Shown here one piece after another: positions 41,370-51,897 of a DNA stretch of 64,000 nucleotides (within the stretch, counting starts at the first letter, position 1; each line of letters opens with the position of its first letter). This DNA is from Jiangellaceae bacterium (GTDB taxonomy: Bacteria; Actinomycetota; Actinomycetes; Jiangellales; Jiangellaceae): positions 32,708 through 96,707 of the forward strand of contig DASUTB010000005.1 in the NCBI GenBank assembly GCA_036374835.1, given 5' to 3'. A program made the position numbers and the translations under genes. The notes beneath the pieces are model-generated. The model was not told where the DNA came from and did not search any database. It worked only from the letters and a program-made list of their open reading frames with translations.

Positions 41370-41987
41370 GTGCGACTCCGCCTGTCTCCACGTGACACCG
41401 CGTTTTATGACATGTTCACGGCCCTGGCGGAGAACGTCCGCGAAGGTATCCGCCTACTCGGCGAATCGCTGGCCGACGACGCGGACCGGCCGATGTACGC
41501 CGCCCGGCTCAAGGAGGTCGAGCACGCCGGCGACGATCACATCCACGAGATCCTCAAGCGGGTGAACTCAACGTTCATCACGCCGTTCGACCGCGAAGAC
41601 ATCTACCGGCTGGCGTCCGGCCTCGACGACATTCTGGACTACGTCGAAGAAGCCGTCGACCTGATGGTGCTGTACCAGCTCGGCGACTTGCCGAACGAGG
41701 TCGGTGAGCTGGCCGACGTACTCGACCGATGCGCCGTCCTTACCACCGAGGCGATGCCGAAACTGCGCAGCCTCAGCGATCTCAAGGAGTACTGGATCGA
41801 GATCAACCGGCTGGAGAACGTCGGCGATCAGGTCTACCGGCGGCTGCTCGCCCGGATCTTCTCCGGTGAGTACGACCCGTTGACCGTGCATAAGCTCAAG
41901 GACGTCATCCGGTCGCTCGAGAACGGCGTCGACAGCTTCGAGCACGTGGCCAACACGGTCGAGCAGATCGCGCTCAAGGAGTCGTAA
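41370..41987 (+). CDS. DUF47-family (PhoU-like) protein paired with Pit
   Basis: GGGAGGAAG ribosome-binding site then GTG. Immediately followed by pit. Confidence 0.75.
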   Translation: MRLRLSPRDTAFYDMFTALAENVREGIRLLGESLADDADRPMYAARLKEVEHAGDDHIHEILKRVNSTFITPFDREDIYRLASGLDDILDYVEEAVDLMVLYQLGDLPNEVGELADVLDRCAVLTTEAMPKLRSLSDLKEYWIEINRLENVGDQVYRRLLARIFSGEYDPLTVHKLKDVIRSLENGVDSFEHVANTVEQIALKES

Positions 41988-41991
41988 TCCC

Positions 41992-42999
41992 TTGGAGCTC
42001 GTACTGATCATCGTGGTGATCGCGGTCGCACTGGCCTTCGACTACACGAATGGTTTCCATGACGCCGCCAACGCCATCGCCACGTCGGTGTCGACCCGTG
42101 CGCTGACTCCCCGCGCGGCACTGATCATGGCAGCGCTGTTGAACCTGGTCGGGGCGTTCCTCGGCACCGAGGTGGCCAAGACCGTCGGCCAGGGCATCGT
42201 CGATCTGCCAAGCGTGGACGCGAGCCTCGTGATCGTGCTCGCCGGAGTGACCGGCGCCATCTGCTGGAACGTCACGACCTGGTACTTCGGGTTGCCCACG
42301 TCGTCGTCGCACGCCCTCATCGGCGGGCTCATCGGTGCGACGCTCGCCGCGGCGGGGACGGTGCTGTGGACCGGGATCGTGGAGAAGGTACTGCTACCGA
42401 TGATCATCTCGCCGATGGTGGGCTTCTTGGCGGCGTTCCTCCTGATGACCGCGATCATGTGGATCTTCCGGCGGCGGAGCCCGGCCCGGACGAACCGCGG
42501 GTTCCGGATCGCGCAGACGTTCAGCGCCGCTGCGATGGCCCTGGGCCACGGTCTGCAGGATGCGCAGAAGACCATGGGTGTGATAACGATGGCACTCGTG
42601 GTCGGCGGCTACCAGACCACGTTCGATATCCAGTGGTGGGTGATCCTGCTGGCGGCGACGGCGCTGGCGCTCGGGACGTACGCCGGCGGCTGGCGCATCA
42701 TGCGCACGCTGGGCCGGCGCATCGTCCATCTGGACCCGCCTCGTGGGTTCGCCGCCGAGTCGGTGGCGGCAGGCGTGCTGTACACGACGGCGTTCGTATT
42801 CGCCGCTCCGATCTCGACTACACACACGATCACCTCGGCGGTGATGGGAGTCGGGGCGACCCGTCGGCTGTCGGCGGTGCGCTGGGGAATCGCCGGCAAC
42901 ATCGTCACCGCGTGGATCATTACGATTCCGTCCGCCGGAGCGGCCGCCGCGATCGTCTACTGGCTTCTGAATCTGATCCCCGCCCTCAACGGCCTCTAA
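41992..42999 (+). CDS. pit: Inorganic phosphate transporter, PiT family
   Basis: GFHDAANAIATSV and second-half repeat signature. TTG start. Confidence 0.85.
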   Translation: MELVLIIVVIAVALAFDYTNGFHDAANAIATSVSTRALTPRAALIMAALLNLVGAFLGTEVAKTVGQGIVDLPSVDASLVIVLAGVTGAICWNVTTWYFGLPTSSSHALIGGLIGATLAAAGTVLWTGIVEKVLLPMIISPMVGFLAAFLLMTAIMWIFRRRSPARTNRGFRIAQTFSAAAMALGHGLQDAQKTMGVITMALVVGGYQTTFDIQWWVILLAATALALGTYAGGWRIMRTLGRRIVHLDPPRGFAAESVAAGVLYTTAFVFAAPISTTHTITSAVMGVGATRRLSAVRWGIAGNIVTAWIITIPSAGAAAAIVYWLLNLIPALNGL

Positions 43000-43015
43000 C
43001 CGAATGGTGCGGCCG

Positions 43016-43915
43016 TCATTCTGGGGTGTCGATGGCGATCACGCGGCCGTCGGCGACATGCAGGACGTGGAATCTGCCGGGCGGAAGGGTGGCGGTAGGG
43101 ACGGCGCACTCCGCACCCTCGGTGGCGGCGCGGACCAGAAAAGGCAGCACGGGACGGTGCGAGCAGACCACGGTGGGACGGCCATCGGCGACGATCTTGC
43201 GAATAAGGGCGCGAGCACGCTCCGGCGCGGCGGCATGGCCACGCTCGGATAGATCGGCGTCCAGTTCGAGTTCGACGCCGTGGGCCTCGGCGAACCCGCG
43301 CACCGACTCGCTGCACCGGACCGCGTCGCTGGATACGACGCGTTCGGCGCCGACTGCCGACAAGGGCGCGATGAGTGCCTTCGCGGCGGCGTGACCGGCC
43401 TTGGTGAGCGGTCGCCGAACGTCGTCCCCGCTCCACTTGTGTCGGGGCACCGCCGCCGTGTGCCGCAGCAGCACGAGCGGGGTGGTGGGACGAGGATCGT
43501 TCAAGAACGCCTGCACCACCGCTCGCTCGTCGTCGTACGACAACTCGGCCAGCGCCCTGCGGGCCGGCAGGAAGCGGACCTCGTCCACTTCGGAGGTCGC
43601 AGCCCACGGTGGCGCCGCGTCGTCGGCGCGAGCGGCCCAGAAGTAGACCGTCTTTCGGCGGCCACCGACCTTGTACCGGACGGCCGGCAACGGCCGGCCG
43701 AGCCGCACGTGGTGCCCGGTCTCCTCGAGGACCTCCCGCACCGCCGCCGCGAGCACGTGCTCGCCCCGTTCCACCTTGCCTTTCGGCAGCGACCAGTCGT
43801 CGTGCCGCGGCCGGTGGATGACGCAGATTTCAGGCTCATCGCCGGCGCTCGCCCGTTCACCGCCGTCACCTGGGCGCCACACCACTGCGCCCGCGGCGAC
43901 GATTCTGCTGCTCAC
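43016..43915 (-). CDS. Nudix hydrolase fused to histidine-phosphatase (SixA-like) domain, MutT1-like
   Basis: Nudix box GKVERGEHVLAAAVREVLEETG. C-terminal RHTAA..H phosphatase motifs. Start set at GTG 43915; the ORF extends to 43960. Confidence 0.7.
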   Translation of the reverse strand: MSSRIVAAGAVVWRPGDGGERASAGDEPEICVIHRPRHDDWSLPKGKVERGEHVLAAAVREVLEETGHHVRLGRPLPAVRYKVGGRRKTVYFWAARADDAAPPWAATSEVDEVRFLPARRALAELSYDDERAVVQAFLNDPRPTTPLVLLRHTAAVPRHKWSGDDVRRPLTKAGHAAAKALIAPLSAVGAERVVSSDAVRCSESVRGFAEAHGVELELDADLSERGHAAAPERARALIRKIVADGRPTVVCSHRPVLPFLVRAATEGAECAVPTATLPPGRFHVLHVADGRVIAIDTPE

Positions 43916-44910
43916 CGGGTGAACCAGCCGGTTAACCAGGGCGTGTCGACGTTCGGCCACAGGATGGTGAACTCGTGGCGTGCCATCGTGACGCGATCCC
44001 TTTCTACGCGGTTGACCGCACCGAGGGAGATGACAGCGTCGTCAGGTCCCGTGCCGGCCAGTTCGGCTGCGAGGTCAGCGGCCAGGTCGGCCATCTGCGA
44101 GGCGTCCTGATGCTCGCCGAGTACGTCCGTCACGTCGGACATCCGGTCGGCCAGTGCTTCGGCCGCGTCGTCGATGGCGGGAACCACGGCGTCCACCGCA
44201 TACCGTGCCCGTTTGGCGGCGATCCGCGCCGCGTGCCAGTCGGCGTCCGGAGCCGGCGTGTTCTGCTCCGCGTCCAGGACCGATGTGGCACGGCGGCGCA
44301 GCACCGACCATTCATCGGCGACGCACGGTGGCAGGGCGTCGATGGCCGGCCGGTCGGCGGCCTCGGCCATGGACGGATGACGGCACGCCTCGTCGAGCGC
44401 ATCCAAGAGCACGGCGTACCGATCAGATTCGAGCGCCGCGATGGTCCGGCTACGTGCCTCGGACAGCCGGTCGCGCAGGACGCCGTCCAGCACCGTACGG
44501 GCGGACGAGGTGTCCGGTTCGGAGTAGGTGTCGCACCGCGCGGCCAGCACCTCGCTCTCCCGGAACGCACCGAGCTCGCCGCTGAGCCAGGACAGCTCAT
44601 TGCGCAGCGCTTTTGCCCAGGACCAGTCGAGAAGCGGGCGGAACGATCGCAGCGCACTACGCAAGCGCCGCGAACTGACGCGCATCTGATGCACGGCGTC
44701 GGCTTCGTCGCGCCGAGTCCGTCCGTCGGCCCGTCGCAGCGCCTCGGCATTGATCGCCAGATACCGCTGGACCACTGCGCGGGCCGGACTGTCGCGATGG
44801 ACGTCGAGTCGAGCCAGCTCGGCCACGCCCGGGCCGGATCGGGTGGACAGCGCAGCGGGCGAGTTCGTTGACTCTGTGGACGGAGGCAAGTTCGGGACAT
44901 CTGGTCGCAT
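43912..44910 (-). CDS. CHAD domain-containing protein
   Basis: Real start is ATG 44910 (MRPDVPNLPP...). The 616-aa ORF-track call is an upstream out-of-frame overlap with ppk. Confidence 0.65.
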   Translation of the reverse strand: MRPDVPNLPPSTESTNSPAALSTRSGPGVAELARLDVHRDSPARAVVQRYLAINAEALRRADGRTRRDEADAVHQMRVSSRRLRSALRSFRPLLDWSWAKALRNELSWLSGELGAFRESEVLAARCDTYSEPDTSSARTVLDGVLRDRLSEARSRTIAALESDRYAVLLDALDEACRHPSMAEAADRPAIDALPPCVADEWSVLRRRATSVLDAEQNTPAPDADWHAARIAAKRARYAVDAVVPAIDDAAEALADRMSDVTDVLGEHQDASQMADLAADLAAELAGTGPDDAVISLGAVNRVERDRVTMARHEFTILWPNVDTPWLTGWFTR

Positions 44911-44924
44911 CGCCGGCAAGACCC

Positions 44925-47054
44925 TTACCCCCTCCGCAGTTGCGTCCGCTCGATCAGTGTCTGGTGCATGTCCGCCAGCGGCCGGCCGTCGGGCGCCATG
45001 TTGACCCGTTGCCAGCTGCCGTCGCGGCGCAGGTGCCAGGACGACGTCTCCGGGCTGAATGCCAGCTCGAAAAGGTCGTCGAGCATCGCGTGCTGCTCCG
45101 GCTGGACGAGGCGGACGAGCACCTCGACCCGCCGGTCCAGATTGCGGTGCATCATGTCGGCCGAGCCGATCCAGAACTCGGGTTCGCCCCCGTTCTCGAA
45201 CGCGTAGATCCGGGAGTGCTCGAGGAACCGCCCGAGCACGCTGCGCACCCTGATGTTCTCCGACATGCCGGTGACGCCCGGACGCAGTGAGCAGATGCCG
45301 CGCACGAGCAGATCCACCGGTACGCCGGCCGTCGAAGCCGCGTAAAGCGCGTCGATCACAGCTTCGTCGACGAGGCTGTTGAGCTTGAACCGGATCCGGG
45401 CGGGCCGTCCTGCCCGGTGGTGCTCGATCTCGCGGCCGATCCGTTCGACGATCCCGGTTCGCAGCGAATGCGGCGCCACCAGGAGCCGGTTGTAGTCGGA
45501 CTCGATGGAATACCCGGACAGCGAGTTGAACAGGTGGTTGACGTCCGCGGCGACGTCCGGATCGGCGGTGAGCAGCCCGAGATCCTCGTAGATGCGTGCC
45601 GTGCGCGGGTGGTAGTTGCCGGTTCCGATGTGGGTGTAGCGCCGGATGCCGCCGGCGGCCTGTGCCTCGTCCCGCACGACCAGGCACAGCTTGCAGTGCG
45701 TCTTGAGCCCGATCATGCCGTACACGACGTGGACGCCCGCTTCCTCCAGCTTGCGTGCCCACGTGATGTTCGCCTGCTCGTCGAAACGGGCCTTGATCTC
45801 GACGAGGGCGAGCACCTGCTTGCCCGCCTCGGCCGCGTCCACGAGGGCGTCCACGATCGGCGAGTCACCGCTCGTCCGGTACAGCGTCTGCTTGATCGCC
45901 AGCACCCTCGGGTCGGCGGCGGCCTGTTCGATGAAGCGCTGGACGCTCGTGGAGAACGAGTCGTACGGATGGTGGGCGAGGATGTCGCTGCGCCGGATCG
46001 CGGCGAACATGTCCGCCGGCGCGGCCGACTCGACGTCCGGCAGATCGCGGTGCGTCGCCGGCAGGAATGGGCGGTATTTGTGCTCGGCCCGGTCGAGCGC
46101 CGCGATGTCGGACAACCCGGACAGGTCGAGTGGCGCGGGAAGCTGGAACGTCTCGGCATCGCTGACGCCCAGCTCGCGCTGCAGCAACGACAGCACGTGC
46201 GGATCGACGGTGTCCTCGACCTCGAGCCGGACGGCCGGCCCGAACCGGCGCCGCGTCAGCTCCCGCTCCATCGCCGTCAGCAGGTTCTCCGCGTCGTCCT
46301 CCTCGACTTCGAGGTCCTCGTTGCGGGTGACCCGGAAGGTGTGGTGCTCGAGGATATCCATGCCGCGGAACAAGGACGACAGGTGCGCGGCGATCACGTC
46401 CTCGAGCGGCACGAACCGCTGCTCGGCGACGGCGAGGAACCGCGGGAAATTCGGCGGCACCTTGACGCGGGCGAAGTGCTCGGTTCCGGTACGCGGGTTG
46501 CGCAGCGCCACGGCCAGGTTCAGCGAGAGGCCGGAGATGTACGGGAACGGGTGGGACGGGTCGACCGCCAGTGGTGTCAGCACGGGAAAGATGCGCTCGC
46601 TGAACATCACCCCGAGGGAGGATCGCTCCGGGTCGTCGAGGTCGTCCCAGCGCACGAGCTCGATTCCCTCTTTGACCAGATTCGGCAGCACGTCACCGTG
46701 GAACGCCTTGGCATGCCTCGCCATCAGGTCGCGGGTGCGGCTGAGGGTGTTTTCGAGCACGTCGCGCGGCAGCAGACCGCTGGCGGCGGGGACGGCGACC
46801 CCGGCCGCGATCCGCCGGCGCAGGCCGGCGACCCGCACCATGTAGAACTCGTCGAGGTTGTCGGCGAAGATGGCGAGGAAGTTGGCTCGTTCGAGCAGCG
46901 GCTGGTCCGGATCCTCGGCAAGGTCGAGCACGCGGGTGTTGAACTCCAGCCAGGACAGCTCGCGGTCGAGGTAGCGCTCCTGCGGCGGCTCGGCCTCCGT
47001 GCGCCCCCGGTCTGCGGCGTGCGCAGACTGGTCGGTGGCCGCCGGCTCGGTCAT
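44925..47054 (-). CDS. ppk: Polyphosphate kinase 1
   Basis: PPK1 N, H, C1 and C2 domains (e.g. [19 protein letters not shown]). Start trimmed to MTEPAATDQ at 47054. Confidence 0.9.
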   Translation of the reverse strand: MTEPAATDQSAHAADRGRTEAEPPQERYLDRELSWLEFNTRVLDLAEDPDQPLLERANFLAIFADNLDEFYMVRVAGLRRRIAAGVAVPAASGLLPRDVLENTLSRTRDLMARHAKAFHGDVLPNLVKEGIELVRWDDLDDPERSSLGVMFSERIFPVLTPLAVDPSHPFPYISGLSLNLAVALRNPRTGTEHFARVKVPPNFPRFLAVAEQRFVPLEDVIAAHLSSLFRGMDILEHHTFRVTRNEDLEVEEDDAENLLTAMERELTRRRFGPAVRLEVEDTVDPHVLSLLQRELGVSDAETFQLPAPLDLSGLSDIAALDRAEHKYRPFLPATHRDLPDVESAAPADMFAAIRRSDILAHHPYDSFSTSVQRFIEQAAADPRVLAIKQTLYRTSGDSPIVDALVDAAEAGKQVLALVEIKARFDEQANITWARKLEEAGVHVVYGMIGLKTHCKLCLVVRDEAQAAGGIRRYTHIGTGNYHPRTARIYEDLGLLTADPDVAADVNHLFNSLSGYSIESDYNRLLVAPHSLRTGIVERIGREIEHHRAGRPARIRFKLNSLVDEAVIDALYAASTAGVPVDLLVRGICSLRPGVTGMSENIRVRSVLGRFLEHSRIYAFENGGEPEFWIGSADMMHRNLDRRVEVLVRLVQPEQHAMLDDLFELAFSPETSSWHLRRDGSWQRVNMAPDGRPLADMHQTLIERTQLRRG

Positions 47055-47100
47055 ACCCCTGATAGTGGCATGCAAAGGTGAACAGGAAGTAGCCAATCTC

Positions 47101-47156
47101 CCATGATCATGTTCATTCAACCCTGGATTTCTTGGGTTGATTGAACATGATCATGG
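47101..47156. promoter_or_regulatory. 23-bp near-perfect inverted repeat CCATGATCATGTTCATTCAACCC-N10-GGGTTGATTGAACATGATCATGG between the mshD stop and the ppk start
   Basis: Read directly; one mismatch between the arms. Confidence 0.45.
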
Positions 47157-48020
47157 GGAGGTGGCTGCGTATTGGACGTCGATCCCCGTCCTGACGAAGC
47201 CGAGCGACGAATACAGCGACCGCGCCGGCGTGCTGGATTCTTCGACATACAGCATCGCCTCGTGCACCCCGGTATCGCGGAGATGGTGCAGGCCGATCAG
47301 CGTCAGCGCCCGGCCGAGCCCGGTGCCCTGCTCGTCGGGACGGACTCCCAGCACGTACACCTCGCCGCGCCCGGGCTCGGCGATCTTCGTCCAATGGAAT
47401 CCGGCCATCCGCCCGTTCCGCTCGGCGACGAAAAAGCCCCCGGGGTCGAACCACGGCTGGGCCATGAGGCTTCGGAGATCCTCCAGCGTGACCGAACCCT
47501 GCTCGGGATGGTCGGCGAACGCATCGGCGTTGACCGCGAGCCAAGGGCCGTCGTCCGGGCCGGGGTCGAAGGTTCGGATGGTGACGCCCTCGGGCAGCTC
47601 GGGAACCGGGAGCGGCGCCTCGAGCGGCCGGGTCATCTGCCACAGCGCGCGGGCCCTGGTCAGCCGGGCCGATGCGGCGAGTGCCCGGGCGGCGGGAAGG
47701 TCGCCGTGCGCCCAGACCCGCGCCGTCGGTCGTTGGGTTAGCAGCTCATCGAGCAGTTCCCGGCCGTGGCCGCGGTTGCGGTGCGCCGGACGAACGGCCA
47801 GTTCAGCGCTGCCGTCCGGGTCCAACTGCGCGTAGCCGGCGAGTTCGCCACCCGTCGCCGAGGCGATCAGATGGGTGACGGCGCCGCTCCCGATGTTGAC
47901 GAGAGCACGATCGGATGCCGGTCGGACGCCGTCCTCCGCTTCGGCGGCGCCGATCAGGGCACGGACGCGAGCCTGCCGGTACTCCGTCAGCGGATCGGTC
48001 GTGACGAGCACATCAGCCAC
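47151..48020 (-). CDS. mshD: Mycothiol synthase MshD (tandem GNAT domains)
   Basis: Two acetyltransferase folds; neighbourhood with glnR as in mycobacteria. Confidence 0.8.
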   Translation of the reverse strand: MADVLVTTDPLTEYRQARVRALIGAAEAEDGVRPASDRALVNIGSGAVTHLIASATGGELAGYAQLDPDGSAELAVRPAHRNRGHGRELLDELLTQRPTARVWAHGDLPAARALAASARLTRARALWQMTRPLEAPLPVPELPEGVTIRTFDPGPDDGPWLAVNADAFADHPEQGSVTLEDLRSLMAQPWFDPGGFFVAERNGRMAGFHWTKIAEPGRGEVYVLGVRPDEQGTGLGRALTLIGLHHLRDTGVHEAMLYVEESSTPARSLYSSLGFVRTGIDVQYAATSP

Positions 48021-48090
48021 CGCTCCACTGTCGCACGCCGACGGACGATGTACCGCGCCGGCGGCGTGAGTGCGTCCGGGTCGATCGTCG

Positions 48091-48792
48091 CTACGGGGCC
48101 GTCAGGACCTCCGGCGAGTCCGGGACGAAGCGGTATCCGACGTTGCGCACCGTGCCGATCAGCGCCTCGTACTCCGTGCCTAGCTTCGCGCGCAGCCGCC
48201 GGACGTGGACGTCCACCGTCCGCGTGCCGCCGAAGTAGTCGTAGCCCCAGACTTCCTGAAGCAGCTGAGCCCTGGTGAAAACCCGGCCCGGGTGGGCGGC
48301 GATGTACCGCAGCAGCTCGAACTCCTTATAGGTGAGGTCGAGCAGCCGGCCGGAGATGCGCGCGGTGTAGGTCGCCTCGTCGATCACGAGCTCGCCGGCG
48401 CGGATCTCGTCCGGCGACACCTCGTGGTTGGAGCGAGCTGCCAATTTTCCTGAAGCCAGCCGCAACCGAGCCTCTACCTCGGCCGGGCCGGCGGTGTCGA
48501 GCAGGACGTCGTCCACACCCCACTCCGCGGTGACCGCGGCGAGCCCCCCCTCGGTGACCACGGCGAACAGCGGCACGTCGACACCGGTGGTGCGGATCAG
48601 CTGGGTGAGCCCGCGTCCATGCCCGAGATCGCGACGGGCGTCGACGACGATCGCGTCGCACTCGGGTGTGTCGAGCAGGGCCGAGGCTTCGGCGGGTGCC
48701 ACCCGCACGTCGTGCAGCAGCAGCCCGAGCGCGGGAAGAACCTCGGTGGAGGGTTGCAACGCGTTGGTCATCAGCAGGATGGTCGAGGGCAC
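48091..48792 (-). CDS. glnR: Global nitrogen regulator GlnR (orphan OmpR-family response regulator)
   Basis: Near-collinear with Streptomyces GlnR from memory: [27 protein letters not shown]...[17 protein letters not shown]. Confidence 0.85.
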   Translation of the reverse strand: MPSTILLMTNALQPSTEVLPALGLLLHDVRVAPAEASALLDTPECDAIVVDARRDLGHGRGLTQLIRTTGVDVPLFAVVTEGGLAAVTAEWGVDDVLLDTAGPAEVEARLRLASGKLAARSNHEVSPDEIRAGELVIDEATYTARISGRLLDLTYKEFELLRYIAAHPGRVFTRAQLLQEVWGYDYFGGTRTVDVHVRRLRAKLGTEYEALIGTVRNVGYRFVPDSPEVLTAP

Positions 48793-48930
48793 GATGGCCT
48801 CCCAGTACGTTCTAAAACACGAACGGACCCGGACGACGCTGCCCTGGGTCCTGCTTGCGCGTAGTGTATCGCACCGTATGCCGGTGGGTTAACCGTCGTC
48901 CGGTAGCTGAGATCGGCGAGGCCGGGCGTA

Positions 48931-49776
48931 ATGGTTCCGTTGCCGACTTGTTGCTCGTTGTGCCGGGTATCGTGCCGGCGGGATGGGAAAATTCACCGTG
49001 TGCCATCGCTGTTCGCCGCCGGGCTCGTAGCGGTACTGGCTCTCGCGTCCGCCGCCGGGAGCCCGCTTCTTGCTGCCGGAGTAGTCCTCGTCCAGGGCAT
49101 CTTCGCGTTCGGCGCGGTCCGGCAGGCAGGTGTACCCGGTGCGGCCGTGGCGACGTGGCTTGCCTTCGGGGTCGGTGCCGGTACGTCGGTCTGGTTCGTC
49201 GTGGACGACATTCCGAAACTCACGCCGATGGCCCGCCTGCTCGCCGCCGGGTTCCTGCTCGCCATCGTGGTTCAGTTGTGGCGCCGGCATGGACGGCCGT
49301 TGCTGACGGCATCGTTGTCTGTCACGGTGACAGCTGTGGTACTGGCCGCTCTCCCTGCCGCGCTCGTCGCGCTTCGCACTGGCGACGCGGGTGCGTACGC
49401 GGTCGGGCTGGGCCTGTTGGGGGTTGCAATCGTCCTGGTGGTGGACGGCGTGGGTGGGCGCTCGGTGCTGGCGCGAATGCTGGCGGTGCTCGCCGCCGCC
49501 GCGGCCGCCGTGATGCTCGTGATGCTGGTCAGCATGGCGGATGTGCCTGAGGTGGGCGCTGTCGTTCTGGCCGCCTTCGGAGCGTTGCTCGCCGTAGCGG
49601 CCCTGTATGCGGTGGATCGGCTGGCCGCAGAGTCATCCACAGGTGAGAAACAGCCGGACGGTGGCGGCGACATCCTGGAGTTGGTGGCGGTCGACATACG
49701 GCCGTTGCAGCTCACCTTGCCGATCATCATGGCGGCGCCGGTGATTTACCTTTTGGGGCGATTGTTGATCGGATGA
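48931..49776 (+). CDS. Hypothetical polytopic membrane protein
   Basis: Hydrophobic, A/L/V-rich with multiple predicted transmembrane segments. Start uncertain. Confidence 0.45.
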   Translation: MVPLPTCCSLCRVSCRRDGKIHRVPSLFAAGLVAVLALASAAGSPLLAAGVVLVQGIFAFGAVRQAGVPGAAVATWLAFGVGAGTSVWFVVDDIPKLTPMARLLAAGFLLAIVVQLWRRHGRPLLTASLSVTVTAVVLAALPAALVALRTGDAGAYAVGLGLLGVAIVLVVDGVGGRSVLARMLAVLAAAAAAVMLVMLVSMADVPEVGAVVLAAFGALLAVAALYAVDRLAAESSTGEKQPDGGGDILELVAVDIRPLQLTLPIIMAAPVIYLLGRLLIG

Positions 49777-50357
49777 TCGGGCGGCGGGATGAACCATCGG
49801 CCTGGAGGAGACGTTCCTCCGGTATGCCGACGTCCGTCGCTGATGAGGAGCTCGTCCGGACGCTGTATGACGAGCATGCCGGCGCGCTACTCGGCTATGT
49901 GACCCGGCTCCTCGGCGGTGACCGGCAGCGTGCTGAGGATGTCGTCCAGGAGACCTTGTTCCGCGCGTGGCGGCACCCGGATGCGCTCACTCCCGAGCGG
50001 GGTTCGGTGCGCCCGTGGTTGTGGACCGTCGCGCGACGGGTCGTGCTGGACGGCGAGCGCGCCCGCCGCGCCCGGCCGCGCGAGGTGACCGACGCGACGG
50101 TCCCGGCGGCGCTCGTCGACGATGGTGTCGAAGCGGCGTTGTCGGCGCAGGTCGTGGCCGAGGCTCTGCGGGCGCTGACGTCGGAGCATCGCCAAGCTTT
50201 GATCGAGACGTACTACCGCGGCCGGAGCGTCGCCGAGGCCGCCGAGGTGATGGGAGTACCGGAAGGAACCGTGAAATCGCGCACGTACTACGCGCTGCGG
50301 AACCTGCGCTCCGCGCTGGAAGAGCGCGGCTTCGGTGCATCGGAGGCAGGCTCATGA
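49773..50357 (+). CDS. ECF (sigma-70 family) RNA polymerase sigma factor
   Basis: Regions 2 and 4. Alternative start at ATG 49824. Confidence 0.85.
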   Translation: MIGRRDEPSAWRRRSSGMPTSVADEELVRTLYDEHAGALLGYVTRLLGGDRQRAEDVVQETLFRAWRHPDALTPERGSVRPWLWTVARRVVLDGERARRARPREVTDATVPAALVDDGVEAALSAQVVAEALRALTSEHRQALIETYYRGRSVAEAAEVMGVPEGTVKSRTYYALRNLRSALEERGFGASEAGS

Positions 50358-51052
50358 GCTCGCCGCAGTGCCGCGCGATCCGGCTCGAACTCGGCGCGTA
50401 CGTGCTCGGGCTACTCGATGCCGGCGACGAGCAGCGGGTCCGCGAACACCTCGTCCGGTGCGACGAATGCGCGGTCGAAGCGGCGTCGTTGCGCGAGACG
50501 AGTAAGGTGTTGGCGCTCACCGATGTGGGCCTGGTGGAACAGCCGGCCGAGCCGTCACCTGAGGTACTGCCCAAGTTGCTCCAGCGGATCGCCGCGGCGC
50601 GCCGGCGCCGCCGGATCGCTGGGGTCGTCGCGGCGGCCGCCGCTGCTGCGGTCGTGACGGTGGGCGGCATCGCGTTCTTGGACGCGGCCGACGACTCGCC
50701 CGGCGCGAGCGTTGAAGCCGGCGACGTGAGCACCGAGCCGGCGGTGACGACGTCCGGCCGGGACGGCACCGTTGCGGTCGAGGTGGACGTCTGGGATCGT
50801 GACTGGGGCTCGAAGCTCACGGTCGACGTCTCCGGCGTTCCGGCCGGCTACCGCTGCAGCCTCATCGCGATCGGCGGCGACGGCCGGCGCGAGACCGCGG
50901 CGACATGGGTCGTGCCGAGCGCCGGATACAACGAGGGCGGCGGCGGTCTGACAATGGACGGCGCACACGGTCTGCGGTACTGGGAAGTCGACCGGTACGA
51001 GGTAGTCACGTCCGACGGTGAGCTGCTCGTCACGCTCCCGCTTGTCGATTGA
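50354..51052 (+). CDS. Zinc-dependent anti-sigma factor (HxxxCxxC), membrane-spanning
   Basis: HLVRCDECAV motif and a transmembrane segment. Start overlaps the sigma-factor stop (ATGA). Stop codon lies inside box copy 3. Confidence 0.75.
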   Translation: MSSPQCRAIRLELGAYVLGLLDAGDEQRVREHLVRCDECAVEAASLRETSKVLALTDVGLVEQPAEPSPEVLPKLLQRIAAARRRRRIAGVVAAAAAAAVVTVGGIAFLDAADDSPGASVEAGDVSTEPAVTTSGRDGTVAVEVDVWDRDWGSKLTVDVSGVPAGYRCSLIAIGGDGRRETAATWVVPSAGYNEGGGGLTMDGAHGLRYWEVDRYEVVTSDGELLVTLPLVD

Positions 51053-51063
51053 TCACGTTCGGT
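51047..51063 (+). repeat. Box copy 3: GATTGATCACGTTCGG, heading an ~89-bp element (51047-51135) with 25-bp terminal inverted repeats
   Basis: Inverted repeats 51045-51069 and 51111-51135 read directly. About 80% identical to the 32916-33000 element. Confidence 0.7.
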
Positions 51064-51177
51064 AGGAGTGACGTAGCTTCACGAGGCATGCGGGCCTAGG
51101 GAAGATACGACACTCCTGCCGAACGTGATCAATCGACATCGGGAACAGACGTTGGCGGCGAGTGCGTTGAGGCGAGC

Positions 51178-51657
51178 GTGGAGGGTTTGCTCGTCGCCGC
51201 GGCGGCATTGCTGGGCGCCACCGGGTTCGGGCTGTGGCGGCGCCGGGTGGACGGCCGCCTTCGCCAGGTCGCCCATAGTCACGGCCTAGCGCTCCGGAGC
51301 GGTGCCAGTACGCCGGAACGGGACACCGTCCCTACGGCGGACGCGAGCGTGATCACCCCGTCCGAGCTTGGCCAGGACCTCGGGCGGGTCGCGACGTTCG
51401 TCTCGTTCTCCACCGCCTTTTGCCAGCCGTGCCGGGCGAACCGCCAGGTGTTGGGCCACCTTGCGACGACCGCGGACGGCGTGGCGCATGTCGAGATCGA
51501 CGCCGAATCCCGGCTCGACCTTGTCCGTGCCCTCGGGGTGACGCGCACGCCGACCACATTCGTGCTCGACGCATCGGGCGCCGTTCGGCAGCGGGCGACC
51601 GGTGTTCTGCGGCTCGACGACGCTCGGACCGCGATCCGACAGGTGACCGATGCATGA
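51178..51657 (+). CDS. Thioredoxin-family protein (TlpA/ThiX-like), membrane anchored
   Basis: CxxC (FCQPC) active site. GTG start. Confidence 0.65.
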   Translation: MEGLLVAAAALLGATGFGLWRRRVDGRLRQVAHSHGLALRSGASTPERDTVPTADASVITPSELGQDLGRVATFVSFSTAFCQPCRANRQVLGHLATTADGVAHVEIDAESRLDLVRALGVTRTPTTFVLDASGAVRQRATGVLRLDDARTAIRQVTDA

Positions 51658-51897
51658 GATATGCGTCTCGCGATACGGACTTCTCGTGACTTTGTCGCCA
51701 TAAGGTCGTAACCTCACTGGCATGTTCCACACAGGGCTGACCAAGCGGCGCCACATCGACTACGGTCGCGCCGCCACCATGCTCTGTTCGATGCCCTGAC
51801 CGGGCAGTTCTCCCGTCCCGAGCGCCACTGGCGCTGCTGCGGTCCGGTGTAGCCAACTGCCCAGACGTCGTTCATCCGTCCACGTCAGGGAGTCGTC

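Noticed and set aside
44911-45762. N-terminal ~285 codons of the 616-aa - ORF
   Set aside because: Same strand as ppk1 but out of frame. PPK1 motifs occupy the other frame, and the CHAD gene starts at ATG 44910.
45417-47081. 554-aa + ORF opposite ppk1
   Set aside because: Shadow ORF of a high-confidence ppk1.
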